DNA from: Eledone cirrhosa
Lineage: Eukaryota
DNA length: 64,000 nucleotides
NCBI GenBank assembly: GCA_964016885.1
Contig: OZ024740.1
Coordinates: 11,098,001 to 11,162,000 of the forward strand
Direction of reading: 5' to 3'
Below are positions 30,001 to 43,500 of the stretch, piece by piece. The number at the start of each line of letters is the position of its first letter. The first letter of the stretch is position 1. The translations under genes and the position numbers were made by a program. Under the pieces are notes generated by a model. The model had not been told where the DNA came from and did no database searches. It saw nothing but the letters and a program-made list of their open reading frames with translations.

Positions 30001-33000
30001 TTGAGAGGTGCAATGTTGCATGGCTGTGAGACATGGGTGGTAAATGGTAGATTATATGATGCTTACTTGAGAGGTACAATGTTGCATGGCTGTGAGACAT
30101 GGGTGGTAAATGGTAGATTATATGATGCTTACTTGAGAGGTGTAATGTTGCATGGCTGTGAGACATGGCTGGTAAATGGTAGATTATATGATGCTTACTT
30201 GAGAGGTGCAATGTTGCATGGCTGTGAGACATGGGTGGTAAATGGTAGATTATATGATGCTTACTTGAGAGGTGCAATGATGCATGGCTGTGAGACATGG
30301 GTGGTAAATGGTAGATTATAAAATGCTTACTTGAGAGGTGCAATGTTGCATGGCTGTGAGACATGTGTGGTAAATGGTAGATTATATGATGCTTACTTGA
30401 GAGGTGCAATGTTGCATGGCTGTGAGACATGGGTGGTAAATGGTAGATTATATGATGCTTACTTGAGAGGTGCAATGTTGCATGGCTGTGAGACATGGGT
30501 GGTAAATGGTAGATTATATAATGCTTACTTGAGAGGTGCAATGTTGCATGGCTGTGAGACATGGGTGGTAAATGGTAGATTATATGATGCTTCCTTGAGA
30601 GGTGCAATGTTGCATGGCTGTGAAACATAGGTGGTAAATGGTAGATTATATGATGCTTACTTGAGAGGTGCAATGTTGCATTGCTGTGAGACATAGGTGG
30701 TAAATGGTAGGTTATATGATGCTTACTTGAGAGGCGCAATGTTGCATGGCTGTGAGACATAGGTGGTAAATGGCAGATTATATGATGCTTACTTGAGAGG
30801 TACAATGTTGCATGGCTGTGACACATTGGTGGTAAATGGTACATTATATAATGCTTACTTGAGAGGTGCAATGTTGCATGGCTGTGTGACATGGGTGGTA
30901 AATGGTAGATTATATGATGCTTACTTGAGAGGTGCAATGTTGCATGGCTGTGAGACATAGGTGGTAAATGGTAGATTATATGATGCTTACTTGAGAGGTA
31001 CAATGTTGCATGGCTGTGAGACATGGGTGGTAAATGGTAGATTATATGATGCTTACTTGAGAGGTGCAATGTGCATGGCTATGAGACATAGGTGGTAAAT
31101 TGTAGATTATATGATGCTTACTTGAGAGGTGCAATGTTGCATGGCTGTGAGACGTAGGTGGTAAATGGTAGATTATATGATGCTTACTTGAGAGGTGCAA
31201 TGTTGCATGGCTGTGAGACATGGGTGGTAAATGGTAGATTATATGATGCTTACTTGAGAGGTGCAATGTTGCATGGCTGTGAGACAGGTGGTAAATGGTA
31301 GATTATATAGTGCTTACTTGAGAGGTACAATGTTGCATGGCTGTGAGACATAGGTGGTAAATGGTAGATTATATGATGTTACTTGAGAGGTACAATGTTG
31401 CATGGCTGTGAGACATGGGTGGTAAATGGTAGATTATATGATGCTTACTTGATGAGAGGTGCAATGTGCATGGCTGTGAGACATAGGTGGTAAATGGTAG
31501 ATTATATGATGCTTACTTGAGAGGTGTAATGTTGCATGGCTGTGAGACATGGGTGGTAAATGGTAGATTATATGATGCTTACTTGAGAGGTGCAATGTTG
31601 CATGGCTGTGAGACGTAGGTGGTAAATGGTAGATTATATGATGCTTACTTGAGAGGTGCAATGTTGCATGGCTGTGAGACATGGGTGGTAAATGGTAGAT
31701 TATATGATGCTTACTTGAGAGGTGCAATGTTGCATGGCTGTGAGACAGGTGGTAAATGGTAGATTATATAATGCTTACTTGAGAGGTACAATGTTGCATG
31801 GCTGTGAGACATAGGTGGTAAATGGTAGATTATAAGATGCTTACTTGAGAGGTACAATGTTGCATGGCTGTGAGACATGGGTGGTAAATGGTAGATTATA
31901 TAATGCTTACTTGAGAGGTGCAATGTTGCATGGCTGTGAGACATGCGTGGTAAATGGTAGATTATATGATGCTTACTTGAGAGGTGCAATGTTACATGGC
32001 TGTGAGACATAGGTGGTAAATGGTAGATTATATGATGCTTACTTGAGAGGTGCAATGTTGCATGGATGTGAGACATGGGTGGTAAATGGTAGATTATATG
32101 ATGCTTACTTGAGAGATGCAATGTTGCATGGCTGTGAGACATGGGTGGTAAATGGTAGATTATATGATGCTTACTTGAGAGGTGCAATTTTGCATGGCTG
32201 TGAGACATGGGTGGTAAATGGTAGATTATATGATGCTTACTTGAGAGGTGCAATGTTGCATGGCTGTGAGACATGGGTGGTAAATGGTAGATTATATGAT
32301 GCTTACTTGAGAGGTGCAATGTTGCATGGCTGTGAGACATAGGTGGTAAATGGTAGATTATAAAATGCTTACTTGAGAGGTGCAATGTTGCATGGCTGTG
32401 AGACATGGGTGGTAAATGGTAGATTATATGATACTTACTTGAGAGGTGCAATGTTGCATGGCTGTGAGACATGGGTGGTAAATGGTAGATTATATGATGC
32501 TTACTTGAGAGGTGCAATGTTGCATGGCTGTGAAACATAGGTGGTAAATGGTAGATTATATGATGCTTACTTGAGAGGTACAATGTTGCATGGCTGTGAC
32601 ACATTGGTGGTAAATGGTACATTATATAATGCTTACTTGAGAGGTGCAATGTTGCATGGCTGTGTGACATGGGTGGTAAATGGTAGATTATATGATGCTT
32701 ACTTGAGAGGTGCAATGTTGCATGGCTGTGAGACATAGGTGGTAAATGGTAGATTATATGATGCTTACTTGAGAGGTACAATGTTGCATGGCTGTGTGAC
32801 ATGGGTGGTAAATGGTAGATTATATGATGCTTACTTGAGAGGTGCAATGTTGCATGGCTGTGAGACATAGGTGGTAAATGGTAGATTATATGATGCTTAC
32901 TTGAGAGGTACAATGTTGCATGGCTGTGAGACATGGGTGGTAAATGGTAGATTATATGATGCTTACTTGAGAGGTGCAATGTGCATGGCTATGAGACATA

Positions 33001-36000
33001 GGTGGTAAATTGTAGATTATATGATGCTTACTTGAGAGGTGCAATGTTGCATGGCTGTGAGACGTAGGTGGTAAATGGTAGATTATATGATGCTTACTTG
33101 AGAGGTGCAATGTTGCATGGCTGTGAGACATGGGTGGTAAATGGTAGATTATATGATGCTTACTTGAGAGGTGCAATGTTGCATGGCTGTGAGACAGGTG
33201 GTAAATGGTAGATTATATAGTGCTTACTTGAGAGGTACAATGTTGCATGGCTGTGAGACATAGGTGGTAAATGGTAGATTATATGATGTTACTTGAGAGG
33301 TACAATGTTGCATGGCTGTGAGACATGGGTGGTAAATGGTAGATTATATAATGCTTACTTGAGAGGTGCAATGTTGCATGGCTGTGAGACATGCGTGGTA
33401 AATGGTAGATTATATGATGCTTACTTGAGAGGTGCAATGTTGCATGGCTGTGAGACATGGGTGGTAAATGGTAGATTATATGATGCTTACTTGAGAGGTG
33501 CAATGTTGTATGGCTGCGAGACATGGGTGGTAAATGGTACATTATAAAATGCTTACTTGAGATGTGCAATGTTGCATGGCTGTGAGACATGGGTGGTAAA
33601 TCGTAGATTATATGATGCTTACTTGAGAGGTGCAATGTTGCATGGCTGTGAGACATAGGTGGTAAATGGTAGATTATATGATGCTTACTTGAGAGGTGCA
33701 ATGTTGCATGGATGTGAGACATGGGTGGTAAATGGTAGATTATATGATGCTTACTTGAGAGATGCAATGTTGCATGGCTGTGAGACATGGGTGGTAAATG
33801 GTAGATTACATAATGCTTACTTGAGAGGTGCAATGTTGCATGGCTGTGAGACATGGGTGGTAAATGGTAGATTATATGATGCTTACTTGAGAGGTGCAAT
33901 GTTGCATGGCTGTGAGACATGGGTGGTAAATGGTAGATTATATAATGCTTACTTGAGAGGTGCAATGTTGCATTGGTGTGAGACATGGGTGGTAAATGGT
34001 AGATTATATGATGCTTACTTCAGAGGTACAATGTTGCATGGCTGTGAGACATGGGTGGTAAATGGTAGATTATATGATGCTTACTTGAGAGGTGCAATGT
34101 GCATGGCTGTGAGACATAGGTGGTAAATGGTAGATTATATGATGCTTACTTGAGAGGTGCAATGTTGCATGGCTGTGAGACGTAGGTGGTAAATGGTAGA
34201 TTATATGATGCTTACTTGAGAGGTGCAATGTTGCATGGCTGTGAGACATGGGTGGTAAATGGTAGATTATATGATGCTTACTTGAGAGGTGCAATGTTGC
34301 ATGGCTGTGAGACAGGTGGTAAATGGTAGATTATATAATGCTTACTTGAGAGGTACAATGTTGCATGGCTGTGAGACATAGGTGGTAAATGGTAGATTAT
34401 ATGATGCTTACTTGAGAGGTACAATGTTGCATGGCTGTGAGACATGGGTGGTAAATGGTAGATTATATAATGCTTACTTGAGAGGTGCAATGTTGCATGG
34501 CTGTGAGACATGCATGGTAAATGGTAGATTATATGATGCTTACTTGAGAGGTGCAATGTTGCATGGCTCTGAGACATGGGTGGTAAATGGTAGATTATAT
34601 GATGCTTACTTGAGAGGTGCAATGTTGTATGGCTGTGAGACATGGGTGGTAAATAGTACATTATAAAATGCTTACTTGAGATGTGCAATGTTGCATGGCT
34701 GTGAGACATGGGTGGTAAATCGTAGATTATATGATGCTTACTTGAGAGGTGCAATGTTGCATGGCTGTGAGACATAGGTGGTAAATGGTAGATTATATGA
34801 TGCTTACTTGAGAGGTGCAATGTTGCATGGATGTGAGACATGGGTGGTAAATGGTAGATTATATGATGCTTACTTGAGAGATGCAATGTTGCATGGCTGT
34901 GAGACATGGGTGGTAAATGGTAGATTATATGATGCTTACTTGAGAGGTGCAATGTTGCATGGCTGTGAGACATGGGTGGTAAATGGTAGATTATATGATG
35001 CTTACTTGAGAGGTGCAATGTTGCATGGCTGTGAGACATGGGTGGTAAATGGTAGATTATATGATGCTTACTTGAGAGGTGCAATGTTGCATGGCTGTGA
35101 GACATAGGTGGTAAATGGTAGATTATAAAATGCTTACTTGAGAGGTGCAATGTTGCATGGCTGTGAGACATGGGTGGTAAATGATAGATTATATGATTCT
35201 TACTTGAGAGGTGCAATGTTGCATGGCTGTGAGACATAGGTGGTAAATGGTAGATTATAAAATGCTTACTTGAGAGGTGCAATGTTGCATGGCTGTGAGA
35301 CATGGGTGGTAAATGGTAGATTATATGATGCTTACTTGAGAGGTGCAATGTTGCATGGCTGTGAGACATAGGTGGTAAATGGTAGATTATAAAATGCTTA
35401 CTTGAGAGGTGCAATGTTGCATGGCTGTGAGACATGGGTGGTAAATGGTAGATTATATGATGCTTACTTGAGAGGTGTAATGTTGCATGGCTGTGAGACA
35501 TGGCTGGTAAATGGTAGATTATATGATGCTTACTTGAGAGGTGCAATGATGCATGGCTGTGAGACATGGGTGGTAAATGGTAGATTATAAAATGCTTACT
35601 TGAGAGGTGCAATGTTGCATGGCTGTGAGACATGTGTGGTAAATGGTAGATTATATGATGCTTACTTGAGAGGTGCAATGTTGCATGGCTGTGAGACATG
35701 GGTGGTAAATGGTAGATTATATGATGCTTACTTGAGAGGTGCAATGTTGCATTGCTGTGAGACATGGGTGGTAAATGGTAGATTATATGATGCTTACTTG
35801 AGAGGTGCAATGTTGCATGGCTGTGAAACATAGGTGGTAAATGGTAGATTATATGATGCTTACTTGAGAGGTGCAATGTTGCATTGCTGTGAGACATAGG
35901 TGGTAAATGGTAGGTTATATGATGCTTACTTGAGAGGCGCAATGTTGCATGGCTGTGAGACATAGGTGGTAAATGGTAGATTATATGATGCTTACTTGAG

Positions 36001-37905
36001 AGGTACAATGTTGCATGGCTGTGACACTTTGGTGGTAAATGGTAGATTATATAATGCTTACTTGAGAGGTGCAATGTTGCATGGCTGTGTGACATGGGTG
36101 GTAAATGGTAGATTATATGATGCTTACTTGAGAGGTGCAATGTTGCATGGCTGTGAGACATAGGTGGTAAATGGTAGATTATATGATGCTTACTTGAGAG
36201 GTACAATGTTGCATGGCTGTGAGACATGGGTGGTAAATGGTAGATTATATGATGCTTACTTGAGAGGTGCAATGTGCATGGCTGTGAGACATAGGTGGTA
36301 AATTGTAGATTATATGATGCTTACTTGAGAGGTGCAATGTTGCATGGCTGTGAGACGTAGGTGGTAAATGGTAGATTATATGATGCTTACTTGAGAGGTG
36401 CAATGTTGCATGGCTGTGAGACATGGGTGCTAAATGGTAGCTTATATGATGCTTACTTGAGAGGTGCAATGTTGCATGGCTGTGAGACAGGTGGTAAATG
36501 GTAGATTATATAGTGCTTACTTGAGAGGTACAATGTTGCATGGCTGTGAGACATAGGTGGTAAATGGTAGATTATATGATGCTTACTTGAGAGGTACAAC
36601 GTTGCATGGCTGTGAGACATGGGTGGTAAATGGTAGATTATATAATGCTTACTTGAGAGGTGCAATGTTGCATGGCTGTGAGACGTGCGTGGTAAATGGT
36701 AGATTATATGATGCTTACTTGAGAGGTGCAATGTTGCATGGCTGTGAGACATGGGTGGTAAATGGTAGATTATATGATGCTTACTTGAGAGGTGCAATGT
36801 TGTATGGCTGTGAGACATGGGTGGTAAATGGTACATTATAAAATGCTTACTTGAGATGTGCAATGTTGCATGGCTGTGAGACATGGGTGGTAAATCGTAG
36901 ATTATATGATGCTTACTTGAGAGGTGCAATGTTGCATGGCTGTGAGACATAGGTGGTAAATGGTAGATTATATGATGCTTAATTGAGAGGTGCAATGTTG
37001 CATGGATGTGAGACATGGGTGGTAAATGGTAGATTATATGATGCTTACTTGAGATATGCAATGTTGCATGGCTGTGAGACATGGGTGGTAAATGGTAGAT
37101 TACATAATGCTTACTTGAGAGGTGCAATGTTGCATTGGTGTGAGACATGGGTGGTAAATGGTAGATTATATGATGCTTACTTGAGAGGTGCAATGTTGCA
37201 TGGCTGTGAAACATAGGTGGTAAATGGTAGATTATATGATGCTTACTTGAGAGGTGCAATGTGCATGGCTGTGAGGCATAGGTGGTAAATGGTAGATTAT
37301 ATGATGCTAACTTGAGAGGTGCAATGTTGCATGGCTGTGAGACGTAGGTGGTAAATGGTAGATTATATGATGCTTACTTGAGAGGTGCAATGTTGCATGG
37401 CTGTGAGACATGCGTGGTAAATGGTAGATTATATGATGCTTACTTGAGAGGTGCAATGTTGCATGGCTGTGAGACAGGTGGTAAATGGTAGATTATATAG
37501 TGCTTACTTGAGAGGTACAATGTTGCATGGCTGTGAGACATAGGTGGTAAATGGTAGATTATATGATGCTTACTTGAGAGGTACAATGTTGCATGGCTGT
37601 GAGACATGGGTGGTAAATGGTAGATTATATAATGCTTACTTGAGAGGTGCAATGTTGCATGGCTGTGAGACATGGATGGTAAATGGTAGATTATATGATG
37701 CTTACTTGAGAGGTGCAATGTTGTATGGCTGTGAGACATGGGTGGTAAATGGTACATTATAAAATGCTTACTTGAGATGTGCAATGTTGCATGGCTGTGA
37801 GACATGGGTGGTAAATCGTAGATTATATGATGCTTACTTGAGAGGTGCAATGTTGCATGGATGTGAGATATGGGTGGTAAATGGTAGATTATATGATGCT
37901 TACTT
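1..37905. repeat. 66-bp tandem satellite array (about 574 monomers, runs off the left edge), probably derived from an RTE-clade LINE ORF2 segment
   Basis: Consensus GATTATATGATGCTTACTTGAGAGGTGCAATGTTGCATGGCTGTGAGACATGGGTGGTAAATGGTA repeats head-to-tail without interruption, mostly 0-2 substitutions per monomer. It has recurrent 1-bp (gcaatgtgcat) and 2-bp (gagacaggtgg) deletion variants and ends abruptly at ...gatgcttactt (37905). Confidence 0.99.
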
Positions 37906-38596
37906 TTCAAAGTAAAGGCTTTACCTCACATAATACCTCACATAATATTTACATTACTCTATATATACTATTGTATTGTCACAGTAAAGACTTTACCTCA
38001 CATAATATCTCACATAACATTTACATTACTCTATATTTACTATTGTATTTTCACAGTAAAGGCCTTATGTCACATAATATCTCACATAACATTTACATTA
38101 CTCTATATACACTATTGTATTGTCACAGTAAAGTTTTTACCTCACATAATATCTCACATAACATTTACATTACTCTATATATACTATTGTATTGTCACAG
38201 TAAAGGCTTTACCTCACATAATATCTCATATAACATTTACATTACTCTATATTTACTATTGTATTTTCACAGTAAAGACCTTACCTCACATAATATCTCA
38301 CATAACATTTACATTACTCTATATACACTATTGTATTGTCACAGTAAAGTGTTTACCTCACATAATATCTCACATAACATTTACATCACTCTATATATAC
38401 TATTGAATTTTCACAGTAAAGGCTTTACCTCACATAATATCTCACATAACATTTACATTACTCTATATATACTATTGTATTGTCACAGTAAAGGCTTTAC
38501 CTCACATAATATCTCACATAACATTTACATTACTCTATATATACTATTGTATTTTTATAGTAAAGGCTTTACCTCACATAATATCTCACATAACAT
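37906..38596. repeat. 72-bp AT-rich minisatellite, left part (about 9.6 copies)
   Basis: Unit CACAGTAAAGGCTTTACCTCACATAATATCTCACATAACATTTACATTACTCTATATATACTATTGTATTGT with an internal CTCACATAA doublet. ORF 37881..38621 shows the matching 24-aa periodicity. Confidence 0.97.
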
Positions 38597-38806
38597 CTCG
38601 TATACGAGAGACGTGTGTTGATGTGTGTGAACAAGCTCGGCTACCGAGTTGGATTTACTTACTCGAAAGTGAGTTTTGATTAATTTTTTTATAATGTAAT
38701 ATACGTTAACCCCTTGCCTTGGTCATCAAACTTTGAGTCTATTTATTTTCACCCCTTTTTGGGTCGAATTTTCCTTTTAAATATTTATTATGGCAAACTG
38801 ATAGAA

Positions 38807-40552
38807 ATGGATGGAATTTTCACATCTCATCCTAACGAGACAGCCACGCCCCCTAAGAAAGGTGATACTGAGAAGCTAGAAGCACAAGGCTCTAAGTCTT
38901 CCCTCCTCACTTCTGCAAAAGAAACATGGAACACGGAATTAAAAGAAAAATTTGTAAAAATGGGTGAAAACCTAGAAAGTCACAAACGCAGACAAAAACA
39001 ACAATGACAATAACAGCACGATCAACAACAGCAATAGTCACAACACCAACCAAGGAAAAAATAACGATAACACTAAACAAAGCGAACCCACTACTGGTGC
39101 CTCCTTTGCACAGGCGGTCCGAAAAACACAGACCTGCAAGCAACTGGACATTACAACTCTGAGAGAAAAGATGAAGGAAGCAAAACAGTATGTAACTTTC
39201 AAAGAAGGAGGAGACTTCACAATCACCTCCCCACAAGAAATCAAAAGAGACACGACACTAAGAACGATATCTTTCAGAACAATTTCCAACATAACAAGGA
39301 AACCAGCTCAATTATCCCAAAAAGAAATTGAGCTAGTCCTAAAAAATGTGTGGAGTGATATATCATTCATACAAAAAGGACCACTCTATGGGAATATAAC
39401 GGTGCTAATGAAGGATCAATTGACGGCCAGGAAATACTCTGTGGCGCCAATTGTTTCCAAGCTACACACATTTTTCCCCACATATTTGGGGAAAAGAACG
39501 CAGAAAATAAGAGTCTCCGGAATCCGGCCAAATGCATGCATTTCCTGGGTACTAACAGGATTTTTAGAAGACGAGGACGGAATCCTCTCAGTAGGAGAAG
39601 TCATTTAAGACGTTTTCGGCGGTTTGAGCGTGGAGGTTCTGGTCCAAATGAGACCAGAACGAATAGCTAGAATACCACAGAGGGTGTCCCTCGACGGAGA
39701 AACATTTATATACATTTCAGCCGAGGGTAGGAGGCCCATATGTTACTACTGTTCAAGCAGGGGTCATCTAAGGGCTGCATGTCCTCAATTGACAAAAAAA
39801 AGGCTCTTTTGCCTACACCTCACACACTACCACCGCCACCACCACCACCACCACCACCACCACCACCACAACAACAACAAAAACAACACGGAAAAATAAC
39901 ACAAGACACGGTCCCACCCAAAACAACTCCAAAAACACATACAAACACAACAAAACCCCAAAATACACCACTGCCCGACAGCACGGACGAGGACCCAGCT
40001 GAAACGGCACCTAGTGACGAAGAGGGGGAACCCTTCCAACCTGTAAAAAGAAAAAAAAAAAAACACCACACGAACATAAACGAAACAAACACACAACCAC
40101 CAACAAAAACAAAACAAACAGAACAAACAAAATCCACCCCACCCCAAAACATAACACATACAACAAAATGCAAGCACACACAAGAACAACAAACAAACAC
40201 ATCACAAATAAAACAGTATACATACATTAACACAAATAACAAAGAACTAGTAAAAACAATACACAAAGACCCTTCGGTGGAAACGGAAGGGCAATTCTTT
40301 GCAAGCGCGGCCAACAAACCGCATTTAAAAATGATAAGACTCCCAATGGACACCTACGCAAAACTAAGAGAGAACTTTCCTGAGGACGTGGGGAAAAAAT
40401 GTACTCGGCCCTATAACTGCGTCCTCTCGAAACGTTTCCCCACCCACACCCAAGACACCCCCACCCCACCACAGAACAACACCCCACCAAACAACCCCTC
40501 CAATACGCCCATGGATATTGTGCAACCTGCTCCTCAGGAGCCGAACAGGTAG
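38807..40552 (+). pseudogene. LINE ORF1 (gag-like nucleic-acid-binding protein), disrupted
   Basis: Pieces 38714..39007, 39171..39608, 39624..39899 and 39740..40552 join up. There is an inferred frameshift near 38975, after which the frame reads ...GASFAQAVRK... into 39171, an in-frame TAA at 39606-39608, the zinc knuckle CYYCSSRGHLRAAC at 39741-39782, and a frameshift at the A-run near 39795 into a Pro/Gln/Thr/Lys-rich tail. The start codon is inferred. Confidence 0.8.
39829..39880 (+). repeat. (CCA)n(CAA)n microsatellite inside ORF1 (poly-Pro/poly-Gln)
   Basis: Seen directly: ccaccgccaccaccacca...caacaacaac. Confidence 0.9.
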
Positions 40553-40573
40553 GTCCTTCCTCTTTTAACCAAC

Positions 40574-43500
40574 ATGGCTGATATAAGAGTTGGGTGTCTG
40601 AATGTACGCGGCCTGGGACTGTCTTGGAAACAAGGCAAACTTTTAAACGATCTCAGGTCGCATAGAATGGATGTAATGGCTATTTGCGAGTCCAGGATCA
40701 GCAGCGAGCACCAACTGGCGCCCCTCTTCGACGACTTTGAGATCTTCGCATCTCTCTGTCAACTGGGGGGTGGGGGTGGAGTTGTCGTTCTGCTGCGAAA
40801 ACACCTGGGCCTCGCCATACAGAAGGTGCACCTGGACCCGGAGGGTCGACTGGTGGTTTTAGACATCGGCAGTAGTGAAAGTGGAGCCCTTAGACTAATT
40901 GCTGTGTACGCCCCTTTTTGGGCAGCGCGGCCGGACTACTTCCAACGTCTGGAAACTTTTCTGGGAACGTCCCGCTCCTTGCTTTTAGTGGGGGACTGGA
41001 ATGGTATCCTGGAACACGTTGGGACTATGTAGAGGCATGTGCCAATAGAGGGGGGTGTAAAAGCCTCAAAAGGTTAATCGGCCGATTTGACCTGGCCGAT
41101 AGATATCGACTAGATTTTCCGACTGTACCACTATGGACGTGGACCAATCGCAGCGGAACATCTAGGTCGTACCTAGATAGGGTCCTAGTTAGAGATAAGG
41201 ATAGGGACACATTTAGCTGTCCAAAAATGTTCATGGTTGACTATTCGGATCACAAGTTAGTGACCTTCATAGAACCCATAGACAGGGACCCGGTTACTGG
41301 AAGCTGAACTTGTCCTTACCGACAAGCAAAGCTTACAGTAAACGGATTAACACGTTAGTTAAGCAGAGTTTGACGGGGGCAATTGTCAACAACAGGTGGT
41401 GGAGCTCTCTTAAGAGAGCAATTAGAATAGAATCGATAGGTTTTAGTCAGGAATTAGCAAGGGATAGGAACAAGATGGAAAGGGAATTAGTAGATAGAGT
41501 AGAAGAGGCGATTAGGAGTGGCAATGTAGCCGGCGTGCTGGCATCAAGAATGGCTTTAGACCAGTTCTTTGATGTGAAGCACGAGGGCTGCGTTGTCAGG
41601 AGTAAAATACGTGCTCTGGGTAATGAGGGAGCCAAAGCTGTTAGCTGGGCCCGAGTGACAGAGGCAAAAAGTGGGAACAAGTCCACGATTCGGTCTTTGA
41701 AGGACCAGGATGGGCGTGTGATCCTTGAACCTGGGCAGATGTGTGCGCCCTTTCAGCGGCACTTTGCACGACGGTTCGGGAGGGGCGACGCGCCGGGTGA
41801 GACTATGGATTTCAATCCATACCTCGACGGTCTGCTATGCCTCTCGGCGGACGGGGAGGCGAAGTCCTGCGAAAGGCCGATTTCAGCTGCTGAGATAGGG
41901 GCGGCGCTGAGCCAATGCGGCAAATGCAAATCCCCGGGTCTCGATGGTCTACCATACGAGCTATATGTAACGATGCCGGACTTGTTCTCCGATATCCTCA
42001 AAGCGGTCTACTGCAAATGGCAGCAGAATGGGAGAATTCCGAGTTCTGTGGCCAAGGGCGTAGTTACGCTGGTGAGGAAGGATGAGAACAAGGGGGATGA
42101 CATAAGAAACTTCAGGCCCATAACTCTGCTAAATGCAGAGTTAAAGATTTTGGCCAAGGTGTTAGCGAAGAGGTTGGCGCTTGTCGTCGGAAACCTGGTG
42201 GGAGAAGCGCAGACATGCACAATCCTGTCCAGGTCCATTCATGACAATCTCCACCTTATGCGATACATCATAGAGAGGGTAGGGAATGAACCCGGCTTTG
42301 GTGGGGCCCTGATCAACTTGGATCAATCTAAAGCTTTCGATAGGGTTGACCATCGTTACCTGGATGCGGTGCTCGCGGCGGCAGGCTTCGGACCCGTTTT
42401 CAGGGGTTGGATTGCTGCGATGCACAGCAGCAACGTCTGCTCAAGGGTCAAGGTGAACGGCCACCTCTCGGAGCCGTTCCAAATCATGCGATCCATCCGA
42501 CAGGGATGCCCTCTCTCCTCCCTTCTGTATGTGCTGGCTCTTGAGCCACTACTGCGGAAGTTGGGGCGGTTGCAGGGCATCCTTTTGGAACCGGGATTGC
42601 AGAAAGCGGCGTCAGTCTACGCTGATGACGTGACAGTAATGGTGTCGAGAACCTCGCAAATCGGTGAGATCGGCACCTTACTGGAGGAATATGAAAGGTT
42701 TACAGGAGCCAAGCTGAACCGGGACAAGTCCGTTGGTTTGTAACTCGGAACATGGAGAGGCAAACCGATGCCCTCCAACGACGTCGTCGGACGCTGGACG
42801 GAGGGTCCGGTGAAGCTGCTTGGGGTCTGGTTCGGACCAGACCTCCAGGTGGAGAAAAACTGGAACGAGGTAACGGCCAGGGTGTTTGCACTCACCCAGA
42901 AGTGGGCCCAGTGCAAACTATCCCTGAAAGGTCGAGCGGAGGTGGCGAACGCTTATATAGCATCCGTCATCTACTACCGTTTGACCGTCGTGCCTTGCCC
43001 AGTGAAAAGACTCGCCAAAATGGAGTGCGCGCTGTTCCAATTTCTTTGGAACAAGCGGACCCCTTGGGTGAGGAGATCCATCTGCTGTCAACACCCTTCG
43101 AAAGGAGGGCTGGGGATGCCGTGGCTACAGATGCGTAAACACGCATTAAGGCTACGGCAACTCCAGGTATTCCTCACCGGTCAACCAGTGTGGGCCCCGT
43201 TTGTGAGGCGAGCCTTTCCCAGACTCGTCTCGCTCACCGAGCTGCAATCCTGGGTCAAGCAAAGACCGAGAAAAGTGGGCGACTGGCACATTGAATGTGC
43301 CCAGGCGCTCACGGCCCTCTGGAAACGGACCAGGCAATCAGTGGAGACTCCACCTCGACATTCTATAGAGGGTTGGTACGCAGCAGGTGCGACGTTGCTC
43401 TCGGAGAAGCTCTAGGCATGGAGGAAGATGAACTGGCCAGTCTGTTCGGTAGGACGTTTGGCCCTGGACCGATGGACAACTTCCAAAAGTCCCTGGCTTG

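Noticed and set aside
18-37762. Plus-strand repeat ORFs as functional CDS
   Set aside because: Frequent TGG>TAG and TAT>TAA stops and frameshifts; the sequence is a LINE-derived relic.
1-37905. Telomeric repeat array
   Set aside because: G/T-rich on one strand but no TTAGGG or TTAGG tandem units.
597-37910. Long His-rich minus-strand ORFs (HLSSKHHIIYHLPPMSHSHATL)n, up to 668 aa, as a metal-binding or structural protein
   Set aside because: A stop-free 66-bp monomer gives long ORFs automatically. There is no unique N- or C-terminus or signal peptide, frames are broken by recurrent indels and occasional stops (about 18319, 34020), and the opposite strand explains the origin.
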